DNA of 64,000 nt from an uncultured Candidatus Saccharibacteria bacterium (GCA_964350645.1 CAYGJY010000002.1:97538-161537); one strand, 5' to 3'. Shown: positions 9,324 to 20,466, numbered from the stretch's first letter. Numbers and translations: made by a program. Notes: generated by a model not told the origin, from the letters alone.

Positions 9324-10418
9324 TTATTTATTCATTGGCATCACAAGATAGCGAAGTGTATGGTCATCAACCCCTTCCATCACCATCGGTTTACCAATAC
9401 CTGCAAAGTGTAAAACTAGACTATCACTAGCGATATGTGGCAATGCCTCAGCGACATATCGTTGATTAAAATTAAGTGTTAAATCATCACCCTCAGTTGT
9501 AGCAGTAATGGAGTTGGTAGTAGTTCCAACTTCCCCACTTGTAGCATTAATAGTGACTGATTTTTCTGTCACGTGCATTCCAACTTGGAAAAACTTATTT
9601 AAAAAGATATTAGTTTTTTTCAACGCGTGTACTAAATCGTTTTTAACTAACGTCGAATGTGTAACATATTCCTTAGGAATTATTTGTACATAATCAGGAA
9701 ACGAGCCGGTTGTAAGTCGTGAAGTAACATAGACCCCATCATCAAATTCTAATGAAAATTGATTTTCATTTACTCTCATTACTGGATCAGTATTTTTTAA
9801 ATCACAAATTCGTGATAACTCAATAGCGTTCTTTTGAGGAATTAAAATTGATTCATCAAAGGTAAGGTTTTTTTGAGGGACAGTTTTTTCCATTAAACGA
9901 AATGAGTCTGTTGCCACAAAAGTAAGAGAATGTTCTTTTTTTTGAAAAATATATACACTCCCTAATTCTGGTTTAATCGATGATTGAGAAGCAGCAAATG
10001 CTGCAGTTTTAATTCCTAAAGAAAAAAGTGAATTTGAAACAGTTTGACCAGTCCCAGTTATTTTTGGAATGGTTGGAAACTCATCATGAGGAATACTTTT
10101 TATTTGTGTCTCAGAACCATCAACCTCAACAATCAATGACCCTTCCTCAGCCCGGAGAGTAATAGTTTGTTGTTTAATTAAATTAATTGTCTGTGACAAT
10201 GTTTGGACTGGTACCGCAATCACTCCTTCTTCTTCAATTGTTGCCGTGAGTGCAACTTCAATCCCAAGTTCTAAATTAGTTGCTTTTAATAAAACCTTAC
10301 CCTGTTCAACCACTAATACACCACATTGTAAAACTGGTAGTGTCACATGTTTAGTGCTAATTCTAGAAATTAATTCTAGTTTTGTTTGTAACTCAGTTGT
10401 TTCTAAAGTGATGTGCAT
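9324..10418 (-). CDS. dnaN: DNA polymerase III beta clamp
   Basis: ATNLE, ATDSFRL, FPDY, YLVMPM; follows dnaA. Confidence 0.97.
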   Translation of the reverse strand: MHITLETTELQTKLELISRISTKHVTLPVLQCGVLVVEQGKVLLKATNLELGIEVALTATIEEEGVIAVPVQTLSQTINLIKQQTITLRAEEGSLIVEVDGSETQIKSIPHDEFPTIPKITGTGQTVSNSLFSLGIKTAAFAASQSSIKPELGSVYIFQKKEHSLTFVATDSFRLMEKTVPQKNLTFDESILIPQKNAIELSRICDLKNTDPVMRVNENQFSLEFDDGVYVTSRLTTGSFPDYVQIIPKEYVTHSTLVKNDLVHALKKTNIFLNKFFQVGMHVTEKSVTINATSGEVGTTTNSITATTEGDDLTLNFNQRYVAEALPHIASDSLVLHFAGIGKPMVMEGVDDHTLRYLVMPMNK

Positions 10419-10759
10419 AAGTCAGTAGTTCTTTTTTATATTTTAATTATAGCTCTTCTTATTAGCTCTGTGGAACTGTGTAAATCTTAAATCCATGGCT
10501 TAGTACGGGATCTTTTTCGACCTAAAAAATTTAATAACCCGGGGATAGTACAATTTTTATCAGTAATAACGTGGGTACAACTATAACAAATTACTTAAAC
10601 AGTTGATAACTCAAGTATTTGTATGATCTTTTCCACAGACTTTGTATAAAAAATAGCTTTTTATACACAAATAATTCTCACTCATACACTTGTAATTAGT
10701 GCTTTTCCCCAACAAAATAAGTACAAAAAAAATCTAGCATCGCTAGATTTTTTTTGTAC
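10419..10759. other. Probable oriC (dnaA-dnaN intergenic)
   Basis: AT-rich; DnaA boxes TTTTCCACA at 10629-10637 and TTATACACA at 10661-10669 plus degenerate boxes; another box TGTGTATAA at 12257-12265 upstream of dnaA. Confidence 0.75.
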
Positions 10760-12145
10760 TTATTTCAAGAGCATTCGTACTTGTGTTACTTCTTCTTCTA
10801 GTTCTGGACTACTCTTAAGTTCATTTTTAATTTTTTCACAAGAGTGGATGACGGTTGTGTGGTCTCGCCCCCCTAGTTTTTGACCAATTGCAGGGTATGA
10901 AACTTGGAAATCCTCTCGCAAGATATACATGATGAGTTGCCGGGGTTTCACGACTTCTTTACGGCGGGTTTTCTCATAAATTGATGATGGGTCTATATCA
11001 AAGTAGCGGGCTACTTTATCTACCACATCTGAAACAGCAAGAGTTTTGCGTGGTCGCGTGCTGTTTTTAATAATTAATTTTACTTCTTCAATTGACAGCG
11101 TGCGTCCTAATAGTTGGGACTGACACATAATGGTATTTAACGCTCCTTCAAGTTCACGTATGTTACCTTCAATCGTATTAGCTAGATGGTCGATGACATC
11201 TTCAGTTAAGGTGATGCTATTTTGAGCGGCTTTAGCACGTAAGATAGCGGCTCGTGATTCCATATCTGGCGCTGGGATATCAACGATCATACCTTGAGCA
11301 AAACGTGATTGGAGTCGTTCCTCGAGACCGGCCAACAGTGCCGGGTGCACGTCACTTGAAAATACAATTTGTTTGTTGTTGTCGTGTAAGGCATTGAACA
11401 GATGAAATAGCTCCTCCTGAGTCTTTTCTTTCTTGGCTAAGAATTGTACATCGTCCATGATAAGAACATCATATTGACGGTATTTGTCTTTAAAATTATT
11501 AGCGGTACCGTTTTGAAGCGAATTAAAATAATCTACCGTGAAGCGCTCACTAGTCACATAGAATACTTTTTTCCCAGTTCGTTTTAACTGATTGCCGACA
11601 GCTTGGATTAAGTGGGTTTTACCATGTCCAGTCTTTCCGTAAATAAATAATGGGTTATACGAGATACCTGGTTTTTCACTCACAGTCTTTGAAGCAGCGT
11701 GAGCTAAGGCATTGAATGGTCCGATCACAAAGTTTTCAAAGGTATATTTTGGATTGAGGTTGTCACTTTTATTAATATAGTACTCCTCAAGTGGTAAAGC
11801 AGCGTTGACAGTTTGTGGTCGGGTATCTTGACGTTTGTCGTTTCGTTGGACTACAGCATATTCGATACTTCGCACGTGGGGTGTGAGGTCGCGGAGTACT
11901 TTTAAGATCATTGATTGGAATTTATCGTTTAACCAATCGCGCACAAAAACACTTGGTACACCAAGAGTAATAGTGCCATCCTCTAGAGATGCAATATGGG
12001 TGTCTTTGAACCAGGTTTTGAAATTGGCAGGAGTAATTGACAGTTCGATGGTAACCAAGGCGTCATCCCATAACTTTTTCACATCGACATGTTCTGTCTG
12101 AACGATGCTGTTTGTGGTAAGAGATGTTTGTGACAATGGATTCAT
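10760..12145 (-). CDS. dnaA: Chromosomal replication initiator DnaA
   Basis: YNPLFIYGKTGHGKTHL, DDVQFL, RELEGAL, GGRDHTTVIH. Confidence 0.98.
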   Translation of the reverse strand: MNPLSQTSLTTNSIVQTEHVDVKKLWDDALVTIELSITPANFKTWFKDTHIASLEDGTITLGVPSVFVRDWLNDKFQSMILKVLRDLTPHVRSIEYAVVQRNDKRQDTRPQTVNAALPLEEYYINKSDNLNPKYTFENFVIGPFNALAHAASKTVSEKPGISYNPLFIYGKTGHGKTHLIQAVGNQLKRTGKKVFYVTSERFTVDYFNSLQNGTANNFKDKYRQYDVLIMDDVQFLAKKEKTQEELFHLFNALHDNNKQIVFSSDVHPALLAGLEERLQSRFAQGMIVDIPAPDMESRAAILRAKAAQNSITLTEDVIDHLANTIEGNIRELEGALNTIMCQSQLLGRTLSIEEVKLIIKNSTRPRKTLAVSDVVDKVARYFDIDPSSIYEKTRRKEVVKPRQLIMYILREDFQVSYPAIGQKLGGRDHTTVIHSCEKIKNELKSSPELEEEVTQVRMLLK

Positions 12146-12376
12146 AGAAGTAATCAATCAAGAGGTAGCAAGCATTATACCCTCCCCAGAGTAACTGTAA
12201 ACTTTTTGATAAAAAAATTGAACGACGTGGTATTTTTTGTGTGCAGTCCTGTCAACTGTGTATAACCTGTGCAGAACTTTTTGCGGCTGCTGTAGGTTAG
12301 TCAGAATCTTTGACAGGATTGAAAAAATAACGCAATAGTGTATAGTTGTGCCCACCAATCAACCAATACGTATTTT

Positions 12377-12526
12377 ATGCCAAAACGAACCTATCAACCA
12401 AGTCAAAAGAAGCGTATGACTACGCACGGGTTTCTCGTGCGGGCCGCTTCAAAGGCTGGTGCGAAGATTCTGAAGAATCGACGCCGCAAAGGCCGTGCTG
12501 AACTTGCAGTTCAAAAAAGTAAGTAA
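12377..12526 (+). CDS. rpmH: 50S ribosomal protein L34
   Basis: MPKRTYQPS...THGFLVR...RRRKGR. Confidence 0.95.
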   Translation: MPKRTYQPSQKKRMTTHGFLVRAASKAGAKILKNRRRKGRAELAVQKSK

Positions 12527-12587
12527 TAAAAGAGCCGCGCCTGCGGCTCTTTTATTTAGGTATACTTAGTAAGAATCTGTAGCTGAT

Positions 12588-12911
12588 ATGCTTAAAAAAA
12601 ATCAACGATTAACCACTGAAGCGTTTGACCAGTTTTTCAAAACTGGACGACGTTACCATACTCCCCACCTCCAACTTATCTATACTCCCCACCCAGTCTT
12701 TCATGGCTCAGTGGTCGTCGGTAAGAAGGTGTGTAAACGAGCCGTTGACCGCAACCGTTGGCGCCGACGTGCGTATAATGCTCTCTATCAACTAACAAAA
12801 CAAACCAATCAATCTGGTGTCTATATTGTTGTCTTGAAACCAACTGCCATTACCCTCTCATTTGCAGCGCTACGGCAAGAAATAGCTACAGTGGTTGGCC
12901 GGACGCAGTAA
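12588..12911 (+). CDS. rnpA: RNase P protein component
   Basis: KKVCKRAVDRNRWRR (RNR motif); rpmH-rnpA-yidC synteny. Confidence 0.92.
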   Translation: MLKKNQRLTTEAFDQFFKTGRRYHTPHLQLIYTPHPVFHGSVVVGKKVCKRAVDRNRWRRRAYNALYQLTKQTNQSGVYIVVLKPTAITLSFAALRQEIATVVGRTQ

Positions 12912-12955
12912 TCAGGGTAGAATGACCCAACTTATTTTTAAGCTTTCATTCAGGC

Positions 12956-13684
12956 ATGTTTAGTTATATTTGGCATTCATTTTTCTTTGACCCGGTGTAT
13001 AACGGTCTCGTATTTTTTATTGATGTGGTTCCTGGTGGCGATGTCGGGATTGCCATAATTCTCATTACGGTGCTAGTAAAAGTTCTCCTCCTCCCGCTTT
13101 CATTAAAGGCAGCTCGAACGCAGCGTTTGATGCGTGAACTTGAGCCAAAACTTAAAGAGATTAAGGAAAAATTCAAAGATAAGCGCGAAGAACAAGCGCG
13201 TGCCATGATGGATTTATATAAAGAAGCCGGCCTGAATCCGTTTGCCAGTATTCTCCTCATTTTTATTCAAATTCCAATTATCATTGCCCTCTACTTGGCG
13301 GTGTATCGTGGTGGGGGTGTACCACTGCCGGATATAAATGTTGATTTACTCTACGCTTTTATTCCGAGTCCTGAGACTGTTAATATGATGTTTGTTGGTC
13401 TCATTGATATGGCTGGCAAAAGTCTGCCGTTGGCGCTACTCGCTGGGGCGACACAATTTGTCCACGCACAACTTTCATTCCCGAAACCAGAACCAAAAAA
13501 AGAAGGGGCTGAAGCTAGCTTTAAAGATGATTTTGCCCGTAGCATGCAAATGCAGATGCGCTATGTTATGCCGCTCATTATTACGGTTGTTGCCTACACT
13601 ATTTCAGCAGCGATCGGTTTGTACTTTGTGGTCAGTAACTTAGTAGCGATTGCTCAAGAGGTGCTGGTAAAGAAGGAAAAATAA
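12956..13684 (+). CDS. yidC: Membrane protein insertase YidC/Oxa1
   Basis: GIAIILITVLVKVLLLPL, IQIPI, GLYFVVSN. Confidence 0.95.
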   Translation: MFSYIWHSFFFDPVYNGLVFFIDVVPGGDVGIAIILITVLVKVLLLPLSLKAARTQRLMRELEPKLKEIKEKFKDKREEQARAMMDLYKEAGLNPFASILLIFIQIPIIIALYLAVYRGGGVPLPDINVDLLYAFIPSPETVNMMFVGLIDMAGKSLPLALLAGATQFVHAQLSFPKPEPKKEGAEASFKDDFARSMQMQMRYVMPLIITVVAYTISAAIGLYFVVSNLVAIAQEVLVKKEK

Positions 13685-14587
13685 TTATTCAGGGGTACAA
13701 ACTAGTACTTTATTTCTTTTTGATCCATTTTTAAGTTCAACAATCTCTGGTACACCCGCTTCACCACTGGGCAATAAATCGCCATCTTCACAATCGTCTT
13801 CTTCTTGTCCGCAGACTGATCTGCCACCAAAACTTACTTGGATTTCACATGTCACAGCAATAGTTTCTTCTGTAACGGTGACAGAATCAGGTAATATGCT
13901 TTTTATAGCATCAGAGGTTATTTTTAGTTCTGCCAGTTCAGATGCATCGTCGTCCACTGGATAATAGCATTTTCCACTGTCAAAAATTCCCTTGCCCACC
14001 ATTATGCCACCTCGATTTTCACAAATTGTTTCGCAAATAGCATATGCACCTTCTAGAACAATCGGTATATCAAAACCAGAGCACTCCTCGAGCGCACAAT
14101 TACCAGCTTCAGAAGCACAATATTCAACGAAAGACCGTCTTTCAGTACTATCTAGGTCAATCTCAGTTTCTCTGGTAAGATCCTCAAAAGAAGGTGCGTT
14201 TGGCAAAATACCAAATGAAGTTAGGTCTTTATTAATAGTATTCAGTATAACTACCGCTAAGATAATGATCATGAGGCCAAGAATTGCAGCGTAGATGTCT
14301 TTTTTAGCGTCGGCCTTGTCAGTTACGATGCCACTTAAGACATACTGCACCCCAGCCATGATGAGTTTCACTACTGCTATAAGCGCACCAGCAATAATAG
14401 CCAGACGCAGTAGGGCGTTTAAATAGTCATTAAAACTGAGTTTGTTTATCTCTTCGGTTTTTTCGAGACCTGGTAAACCGACGAGTGGAATAAATCCTTG
14501 AGCTGAGGCGACTGCTGGCAGGATTGTTATCAGCACTATCAGTACGGGTAGAACAGTCGCGCACAATGTTTTAAAGTGTTGTGTCAT
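13685..14587 (-). CDS. Patescibacteria pilin-like (TrbC/VirB2-like) protein with Cys-rich C-terminal extension
   Basis: Signal-like N-terminus, two TMs (..AGVQYVLSG..AKKDIYAAILGL..ILNTINKDL), about 10 Cys downstream. Confidence 0.7.
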   Translation of the reverse strand: MTQHFKTLCATVLPVLIVLITILPAVASAQGFIPLVGLPGLEKTEEINKLSFNDYLNALLRLAIIAGALIAVVKLIMAGVQYVLSGIVTDKADAKKDIYAAILGLMIIILAVVILNTINKDLTSFGILPNAPSFEDLTRETEIDLDSTERRSFVEYCASEAGNCALEECSGFDIPIVLEGAYAICETICENRGGIMVGKGIFDSGKCYYPVDDDASELAELKITSDAIKSILPDSVTVTEETIAVTCEIQVSFGGRSVCGQEEDDCEDGDLLPSGEAGVPEIVELKNGSKRNKVLVCTPE

Positions 14588-15758
14588 AGAGCCAGAGCGT
14601 ATTATCATTTTTATTACTAAACAAGATTTTTTCACCATTTTGACTAGTTGTGATGCTGAAAACATCGATAGCTCGACCAGCTGTCTGTTGTAGATTAGAA
14701 ACAGATAGTGCACTCATATTATTTAGGTCAATTTTCCATAAAATATCTTCCGATTGACGAGTACCTTGATACCAATCTACTAGTGCATCGCCCCCGTCTG
14801 ACAAGAGTGGTGCAGCACACCACATAATCGAAATGTCGGCATTTGAAACAGTACATTTTTCGGGAATAAATTGAATCGGTAGTGTTTCGCGGGCGTCAGT
14901 TGTCAGACTGGTTATAGTTGAAATACTGTCGCCAGCTCCAGTGTTTGCGGTGGAAAAGACTCGCCCATTATTCACCGTTGCAACCAAGCCATAGGCACTA
15001 GGGATAACTGGCCGCAGCGTGTCACTCACTATTTTATACAATGATCCGGTCATTTGGTCACTCACTCGGTTATACACATAGGGTGTATTTAGAGTGTCAG
15101 CAGAACTGGTGTCCCAGATTGTCCGAACACTTCGAAGAGGAATAGAAAATACTTTAGTGGGTTGGCCGCTGAGGAGATTATAGGTATATCCGTCAGTTCC
15201 CCCGTCCGTCAGTACTGTGTACGCAAGCTGTGAATCAGATACAAAGTTAGTTTCAGTGGTTTGTTGGGGTAGATTAATAAGAGGTGTGTCACTCGCTGAG
15301 CCATCTGCTAAAGACAATAACAGTGTGGCACGGGATCCATCAGTGTCAGTTGTCAGTGTCAGATGTTCAGCATTGGGTGAAAAAGTCGCCTCAAAAACTC
15401 GGGCAACAGTTGTGTTATTGATTTTTGTTTCGGGGGCTGTCGTGGTTGTATCCAATTCATAGACATGGCCCACCCCCCGCTCAACAAACCGTAGTATCGT
15501 GTCGTCGTTACCAATAAAACTGAAACCAGCAACTGGTTTTGTAGTTAGCTGTCTGAGTGCTTTCGTGGGGGCATCGTTTGGTAGCGTTTGGGGTGTAGGC
15601 AAAGTGGGTTCGTTGTTGATAGGACTACTTTCAAATCCGAGGTTTGCAAAGACGTCGTCAGTTTGTTTAGGTGTTCCAAACAATAATAAGTAGACCCAAA
15701 CAGCAATAACGCTGAGGATAACGATGACGCCAATACTAATGATGAGGGTTTTCTTCAC
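14571..15758 (-). CDS. Membrane-anchored probable beta-propeller protein (T4SS locus)
   Basis: N-terminal TM; repeated beta-strand blades, PEKC..WCA motif, ends TLWLY. Confidence 0.6.
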   Translation of the reverse strand: MKKTLIISIGVIVILSVIAVWVYLLLFGTPKQTDDVFANLGFESSPINNEPTLPTPQTLPNDAPTKALRQLTTKPVAGFSFIGNDDTILRFVERGVGHVYELDTTTTAPETKINNTTVARVFEATFSPNAEHLTLTTDTDGSRATLLLSLADGSASDTPLINLPQQTTETNFVSDSQLAYTVLTDGGTDGYTYNLLSGQPTKVFSIPLRSVRTIWDTSSADTLNTPYVYNRVSDQMTGSLYKIVSDTLRPVIPSAYGLVATVNNGRVFSTANTGAGDSISTITSLTTDARETLPIQFIPEKCTVSNADISIMWCAAPLLSDGGDALVDWYQGTRQSEDILWKIDLNNMSALSVSNLQQTAGRAIDVFSITTSQNGEKILFSNKNDNTLWLYDTTL

Positions 15759-15816
15759 AAATTAATTATAGCAGCAAGCTAGGATTTGAGAGGTACGAAC
15801 TTCCCCAGACAATCAA

Positions 15817-16779
15817 TTAGAAATTAAGGGTAAAGTCAGCTTTACTACCCTGTAATAAATTTTCTAGATTTCTAATGTGTAGTTCGGCCTTAACTGATCC
15901 AGAATTTGCCGTTCGACGGAGAGTAATTTCACGAGGATCTGTCGACGGATTGGTAATGGTCTGATTATTTAATTTCCACTCAATGAGAGGGTCATTTGAA
16001 AAAATAGTACTATCGAGATAATAGGGTTCACCACGAACAGTTATTTCGCTGCTGATTAATAATGTTGGGTTTCGTAGCGTCATGTTTGATAGGCCACGGA
16101 GAGGATTGTTTTCGTAGAATAATATCTCCGGCTCGGCAATTTCAATTTCAGTTAATTTACGAGCTACTGTGCGACCAGAACTATCTGAAACGTTTACACG
16201 CACCAGTACACGAGGTTTTTTGGGTGTCTCAAATGTGGCCACGTTTTTTCCGACTATTGGCCCCCCATAGAGAGGTTTATTATCAACTTGCCAACTATAG
16301 GTTAATTCATTGGGATTAAGGTTAGTGTCGGGGATGGCTATGATGCGCATCATGCTGCCAGCACTTGGGAGCGGCCTCCCCTGATAGTGGTTGGGTACAG
16401 ATGTATCTGCTTCAACAATTATATCCACTCGACTTGGAGCTATTGTTTCAGTTAGGTTAAGGGTTTGACCATTTTTCAAATTAGCCACAACCCGAAGAGT
16501 AATAACCTCTCCCTTACTGCCAGCTAAAAAAGTAAAGGTGCGGGCATTTTTTGCTTCGGGTTGTTCAATTTCATCAAGGTACCAAGTAATGGTAGCGCCA
16601 GTGGTATCGAGGGAGTAAGCATTTAATGAGGCTTTAATTTCCTGGTTGGGTTCTGGATATTGAGGAGAGAGTTCAATTGAAACTGAATCAGGAATTACCC
16701 CCAGTTGAGCATTTATTTGCACAGGGAACAGGATCAGCATTCCAGTAAATAGGCCACTGAAAATAAGCTTTAAATACAT
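15817..16779 (-). CDS. Secreted Ig-like repeat protein (T4SS locus)
   Basis: Signal peptide; three repeats with ITWYLD / YSWQVD / IEWKLN. Confidence 0.6.
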   Translation of the reverse strand: MYLKLIFSGLFTGMLILFPVQINAQLGVIPDSVSIELSPQYPEPNQEIKASLNAYSLDTTGATITWYLDEIEQPEAKNARTFTFLAGSKGEVITLRVVANLKNGQTLNLTETIAPSRVDIIVEADTSVPNHYQGRPLPSAGSMMRIIAIPDTNLNPNELTYSWQVDNKPLYGGPIVGKNVATFETPKKPRVLVRVNVSDSSGRTVARKLTEIEIAEPEILFYENNPLRGLSNMTLRNPTLLISSEITVRGEPYYLDSTIFSNDPLIEWKLNNQTITNPSTDPREITLRRTANSGSVKAELHIRNLENLLQGSKADFTLNF

Positions 16780-16834
16780 ATATACCAGTATAAGCTACAG
16801 CTGCTAAGTCCTGCTCTGCAATTGTTCATAATAT

Positions 16835-17581
16835 TTAAGTTTGACTGTCATGATTGATGACATCGATCATCACCACGCCTACCCACGGCGCAATACCGCC
16901 AACAAATGGTATCCAATACCAGGCGGCCATGGCAAAAAATGAGCTACTCAAGTTGCCACCGAAAGGATTAACCCGGTACACGACTGCTGCTGTAACCAAT
17001 TGAGCCCAGCCAAGTAAAGCAGCCATAATAATACCGAACATCGCGATTGATTGGCCAGGAATAAATTCGGCCACTACGACTGCAGCGCCTTCACCAACCA
17101 CTTCCCCAGCAACACTGCCTAGGCTGAAGGCTGTAAGCTCAATAGTAATCCCAGATATTGAAATGAGCCAAAATAAAAATTGGGCAATATATAAGTAGGT
17201 ACAAATTTCAATGATGAGCAGTGTTTCTCGACGGCGGGTAACAATGTTGGCTGGGTTATTTATTCTGGCCGTAAAAAATCCACCAAGTGATTGCGCAGCG
17301 CCTTTTTGCTGGGCTTCTTGGTCGTACCAGGTAGAGTCTGAAAAAGTTTGGTTGTCATTAGCGGCTTCCAGTTTTTCATCAGGATTACCAAATGGATAGC
17401 GATAGCGCTGACTAAAATCCTCATCTATAGTGCTCGGTGAACCGTCCACGCGCTTAGCGGGGGACTGTTTTTGTTGCTGCCGAGCAACATGATTGCGATT
17501 GCGCTGACGTCGGTCGTCAGTATCAGCGCGACGCTTTACACGTACATTTTGAGGTGACGACTGTTGGGCTACTGCTGCCAT
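16835..17581 (-). CDS. Hypothetical membrane protein
   Basis: Charged N-terminus with AANDN, hydrophobic C-terminal half. Confidence 0.6.
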   Translation of the reverse strand: MAAVAQQSSPQNVRVKRRADTDDRRQRNRNHVARQQQKQSPAKRVDGSPSTIDEDFSQRYRYPFGNPDEKLEAANDNQTFSDSTWYDQEAQQKGAAQSLGGFFTARINNPANIVTRRRETLLIIEICTYLYIAQFLFWLISISGITIELTAFSLGSVAGEVVGEGAAVVVAEFIPGQSIAMFGIIMAALLGWAQLVTAAVVYRVNPFGGNLSSSFFAMAAWYWIPFVGGIAPWVGVVMIDVINHDSQT

Positions 17582-17599
17582 GCAGTAAGTATATCACTG

Positions 17600-19402
17600 C
17601 TATCCCTGGGCAGCCTTGAGGTCGGCTTTAGCGCGCTTAATTTGCAGAATTTGTGATGGATCGGAGGTGATAATTTGGTCTTCAGTGTATGAAGCGATGA
17701 CTTTGATAGCTACGTGTTTGAGGCCAGCAAAGAAGATCCCTTCTCCAACGTTTGATTCTAAGAGCAGTAATTTTTCTTCATCGGTCAGGTTGAATGTTCT
17801 TTGGATGTTGTCGACGGCTGTTGGTGATTGTTTCATCAGTAATTGCAAACTTGAGTTGGTGATCATCGGTACACCATATGGACTCCGTAAAAAGTCGTCT
17901 ACGTCTTGAGTGATGGTCGAAAGGCCAAGGTAGTATTTTCGACCACGCTTAGCGAGCATAAACAGGAATGATGCTGTATCTTCACTTTTCATCATCCACC
18001 AGGCTTCGTCGATAACTAGAAGACGTTTGGTAAGGCGCCGTCGAATTGCACTCCAGATGTGGTTGGTAATAATGTACATGGCGATAGTTTTCAATTCGTC
18101 CTCCATGTCACGAAGAGAAAAGACAATGAACTTCTGGTTGATATCAACGTTAGTTGGCTCATTCATAAAACCAGACCAGGTCCCAGATGTATATTTTTGT
18201 AAACGAGCAATCAATGAAGCGCTACCTTCCATGCCGGCTAAAACCATTTCAAAATCTGACAGTAATGGAGGCTCAAGTTCAGCAAAGTTACTTGCGCCAG
18301 TGATGTCTTTCAAGGCATAGGTTTCGCGAATTGCTTCATCGACGACAGTCTCTTCTTCTGGTGATAGTCCACCAAGCATGAGACGAAATAGTCCCGTCAT
18401 TTCAATAATATGAGAACGCAGCACATCATTAGGGTCCTCATCTTCAAGTGGTGCGGGTAAGTCAAACGGATTAATGTGGTGACTTGAAGACAGTGAGATA
18501 TTAAAGAATCTACCCCCCGTTGCTTCAGCCAGGTATTCGTATTCTCGCTCGGGGTCAATAACGATTACTTCAGTCCCAAACATCAGTGAACGAAGGATTT
18601 CTAATTTTGTTGTATAGGACTTCCCTGCCCCCGAGGTGGCGAATGTTACCGAGTTGTAATTAGTGAGTTGGAAGCGGTCAAATAGTACTAAACTTGAATT
18701 GTGACGGTTAATACCGTAGAGAATCCCTGAGTCAGAAGTTAGGTCAAATGAGGTAAACGGAAAAAAACTTGAGAGAGGTGAAGAATTAAACTTGCTATGT
18801 ACAAAGAGTTCATCGCTCATTGTTGGAATGATGCTTTTGAGCCCCTGTTCTTGCTGAAATAACGCCGGTTTAATATAAATAAGACGCGAATCGAGAATAC
18901 CCTTAATTTCTGTTTCGGATTTATCAAGCTCTTCCTCACTGTCACCATAAATTGAAAGGTATAGACCAACATCAAATAATTTTTCCTCAGCTTGCTGAAG
19001 TTTGTCGCGCAGATCTTCCAGGTTGCGGTAGGCAGACTCAAGTTGTGGATCACGCACCATCCCCTTCTCGGCGTTAATACTCATTTGACTTTGTACCTCG
19101 GCTACCTTCTTTTGGAATTTTTTTAAGGTCTCAGCTGTGTCAATTGGGTGAATCACGATTGAAATATCCATTTCCCGCTCCAGATTCAAAATTGGTTCGA
19201 GCCAACCATCGTTCAGATAGCGTGGATAGGATACAGCGAAAAATACTCGTGAGATTTTGCCGCTGATGTTTACGCTGCGGGGATTGATATTGATTGCTGA
19301 CGGTGAGATAACATCGGCTAAGGTTAGTAACGAGTTCTCAATTGCTGCCTCGTCAGCATCGGTTGGAGTTTTATTTGGTTGTAAGAAATCTAAAAGACCC
19401 AT
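17600..19402 (-). CDS. virB4: VirB4/TraC-like ATPase
   Basis: ATSGAGKS, VIDPEREY, INPFD, LVIDEAW, KRGRKY, ITQDV. Confidence 0.9.
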   Translation of the reverse strand: MGLLDFLQPNKTPTDADEAAIENSLLTLADVISPSAININPRSVNISGKISRVFFAVSYPRYLNDGWLEPILNLEREMDISIVIHPIDTAETLKKFQKKVAEVQSQMSINAEKGMVRDPQLESAYRNLEDLRDKLQQAEEKLFDVGLYLSIYGDSEEELDKSETEIKGILDSRLIYIKPALFQQEQGLKSIIPTMSDELFVHSKFNSSPLSSFFPFTSFDLTSDSGILYGINRHNSSLVLFDRFQLTNYNSVTFATSGAGKSYTTKLEILRSLMFGTEVIVIDPEREYEYLAEATGGRFFNISLSSSHHINPFDLPAPLEDEDPNDVLRSHIIEMTGLFRLMLGGLSPEEETVVDEAIRETYALKDITGASNFAELEPPLLSDFEMVLAGMEGSASLIARLQKYTSGTWSGFMNEPTNVDINQKFIVFSLRDMEDELKTIAMYIITNHIWSAIRRRLTKRLLVIDEAWWMMKSEDTASFLFMLAKRGRKYYLGLSTITQDVDDFLRSPYGVPMITNSSLQLLMKQSPTAVDNIQRTFNLTDEEKLLLLESNVGEGIFFAGLKHVAIKVIASYTEDQIITSDPSQILQIKRAKADLKAAQG

Positions 19403-19403
19403 A

Positions 19404-20033
19404 TTAGTTAGCACCTGGAGCGGAGGTTCCCACTTCACCAGGATTAAAGATGTGATAATACAATTCTACCAGTTCATCATTTTGCAGTTTAGCTGTGCGA
19501 ACACCGATACGGTTAAGACCCTGTTCAACGACGGCCGCCCGCTGCTCAAGTTGTAGGCGGTGCTCTGCAAATTTCTCGTCACTTGGTGGTGTTGATTGGC
19601 TGCCACCAAGGAAACTTGAAAAATTTGACTTGAGGTCAACTCCGATGGGGATATACGGGATGACCACAAAGAAGTTTTTGGTCATGACGTCGACTTCAGT
19701 TGTAAATGTTTTTACAAACGACATGTATTCCCGTAGTTGAATTTGCATGAGATCGTTGTCTTGCTCAGTTTCCCGAGCGGCCAATTTTTGTAAGTATGGG
19801 TTGATGTCCAGTCGACGCGATTGAATGTAGATCTGCAGTGAAAAATCAATGGTATTTAAAAACGACTGAAATTGGTGCAAAATTGCTGTTTGTTCGTCGG
19901 AAGATTTGAGGGCAAAGTTGATTGAAGAAGCGAGCATGACAATATTCATTTGGCCATTTTTAAGAATGACCACGCCGTCTTTGATGTCACGAATGGGAAC
20001 AAAATTTTGGGTTGAAAGATTAGTTTTAGGCAT
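19404..20033 (-). CDS. VirB4-associated N-terminal-domain (TraC-like) protein
   Basis: STQNFVPIRDIKDGVVIL, SINFALKS, conserved upstream of CPR VirB4. Confidence 0.7.
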   Translation of the reverse strand: MPKTNLSTQNFVPIRDIKDGVVILKNGQMNIVMLASSINFALKSSDEQTAILHQFQSFLNTIDFSLQIYIQSRRLDINPYLQKLAARETEQDNDLMQIQLREYMSFVKTFTTEVDVMTKNFFVVIPYIPIGVDLKSNFSSFLGGSQSTPPSDEKFAEHRLQLEQRAAVVEQGLNRIGVRTAKLQNDELVELYYHIFNPGEVGTSAPGAN

Positions 20034-20034
20034 A

Positions 20035-20439
20035 CTATTTTTGTTCTTGGATGGCCTTGAGCTCAAGCTGGCGTGAGAGTGAGTTTAAGTTACTTTTACC
20101 CGCTTGAGGTACATGGCTGGCTGCCTCTAGTTGTTCAGGTTGGCCGTGATAAATACCAGAGCCAGTCTTGCGCCATAAATAGAGTTTTGATTTACGAAAA
20201 TAATTTACCATTGACTCAAGATAGATTGAGAAAGGTCGGTTGTTCACTTGGTAGAACGCGAGCAGCACTCCAAGACCCCCAAGAGGGATACCAATAATAG
20301 CAAAGATGAAAATATTGGTAGTCAGAAACAAAACCGCTGCAAATCCAAGTCCGCCACCCAAGAATAAAAATTGCTTCCAGGTAAACGGACCAAAAATTTT
20401 ATCTTCAATCTCAATAAACTGCGGTACTTCAAATCGCAT
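20035..20439 (-). CDS. PrgI family (VirB3-like) protein
   Basis: MRFEVPQFIEIEDKIFGPFTWKQF plus two TMs. Confidence 0.85.
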   Translation of the reverse strand: MRFEVPQFIEIEDKIFGPFTWKQFLFLGGGLGFAAVLFLTTNIFIFAIIGIPLGGLGVLLAFYQVNNRPFSIYLESMVNYFRKSKLYLWRKTGSGIYHGQPEQLEAASHVPQAGKSNLNSLSRQLELKAIQEQK

Positions 20440-20466
20440 AGTCACATTATACATTGAACCCACGCA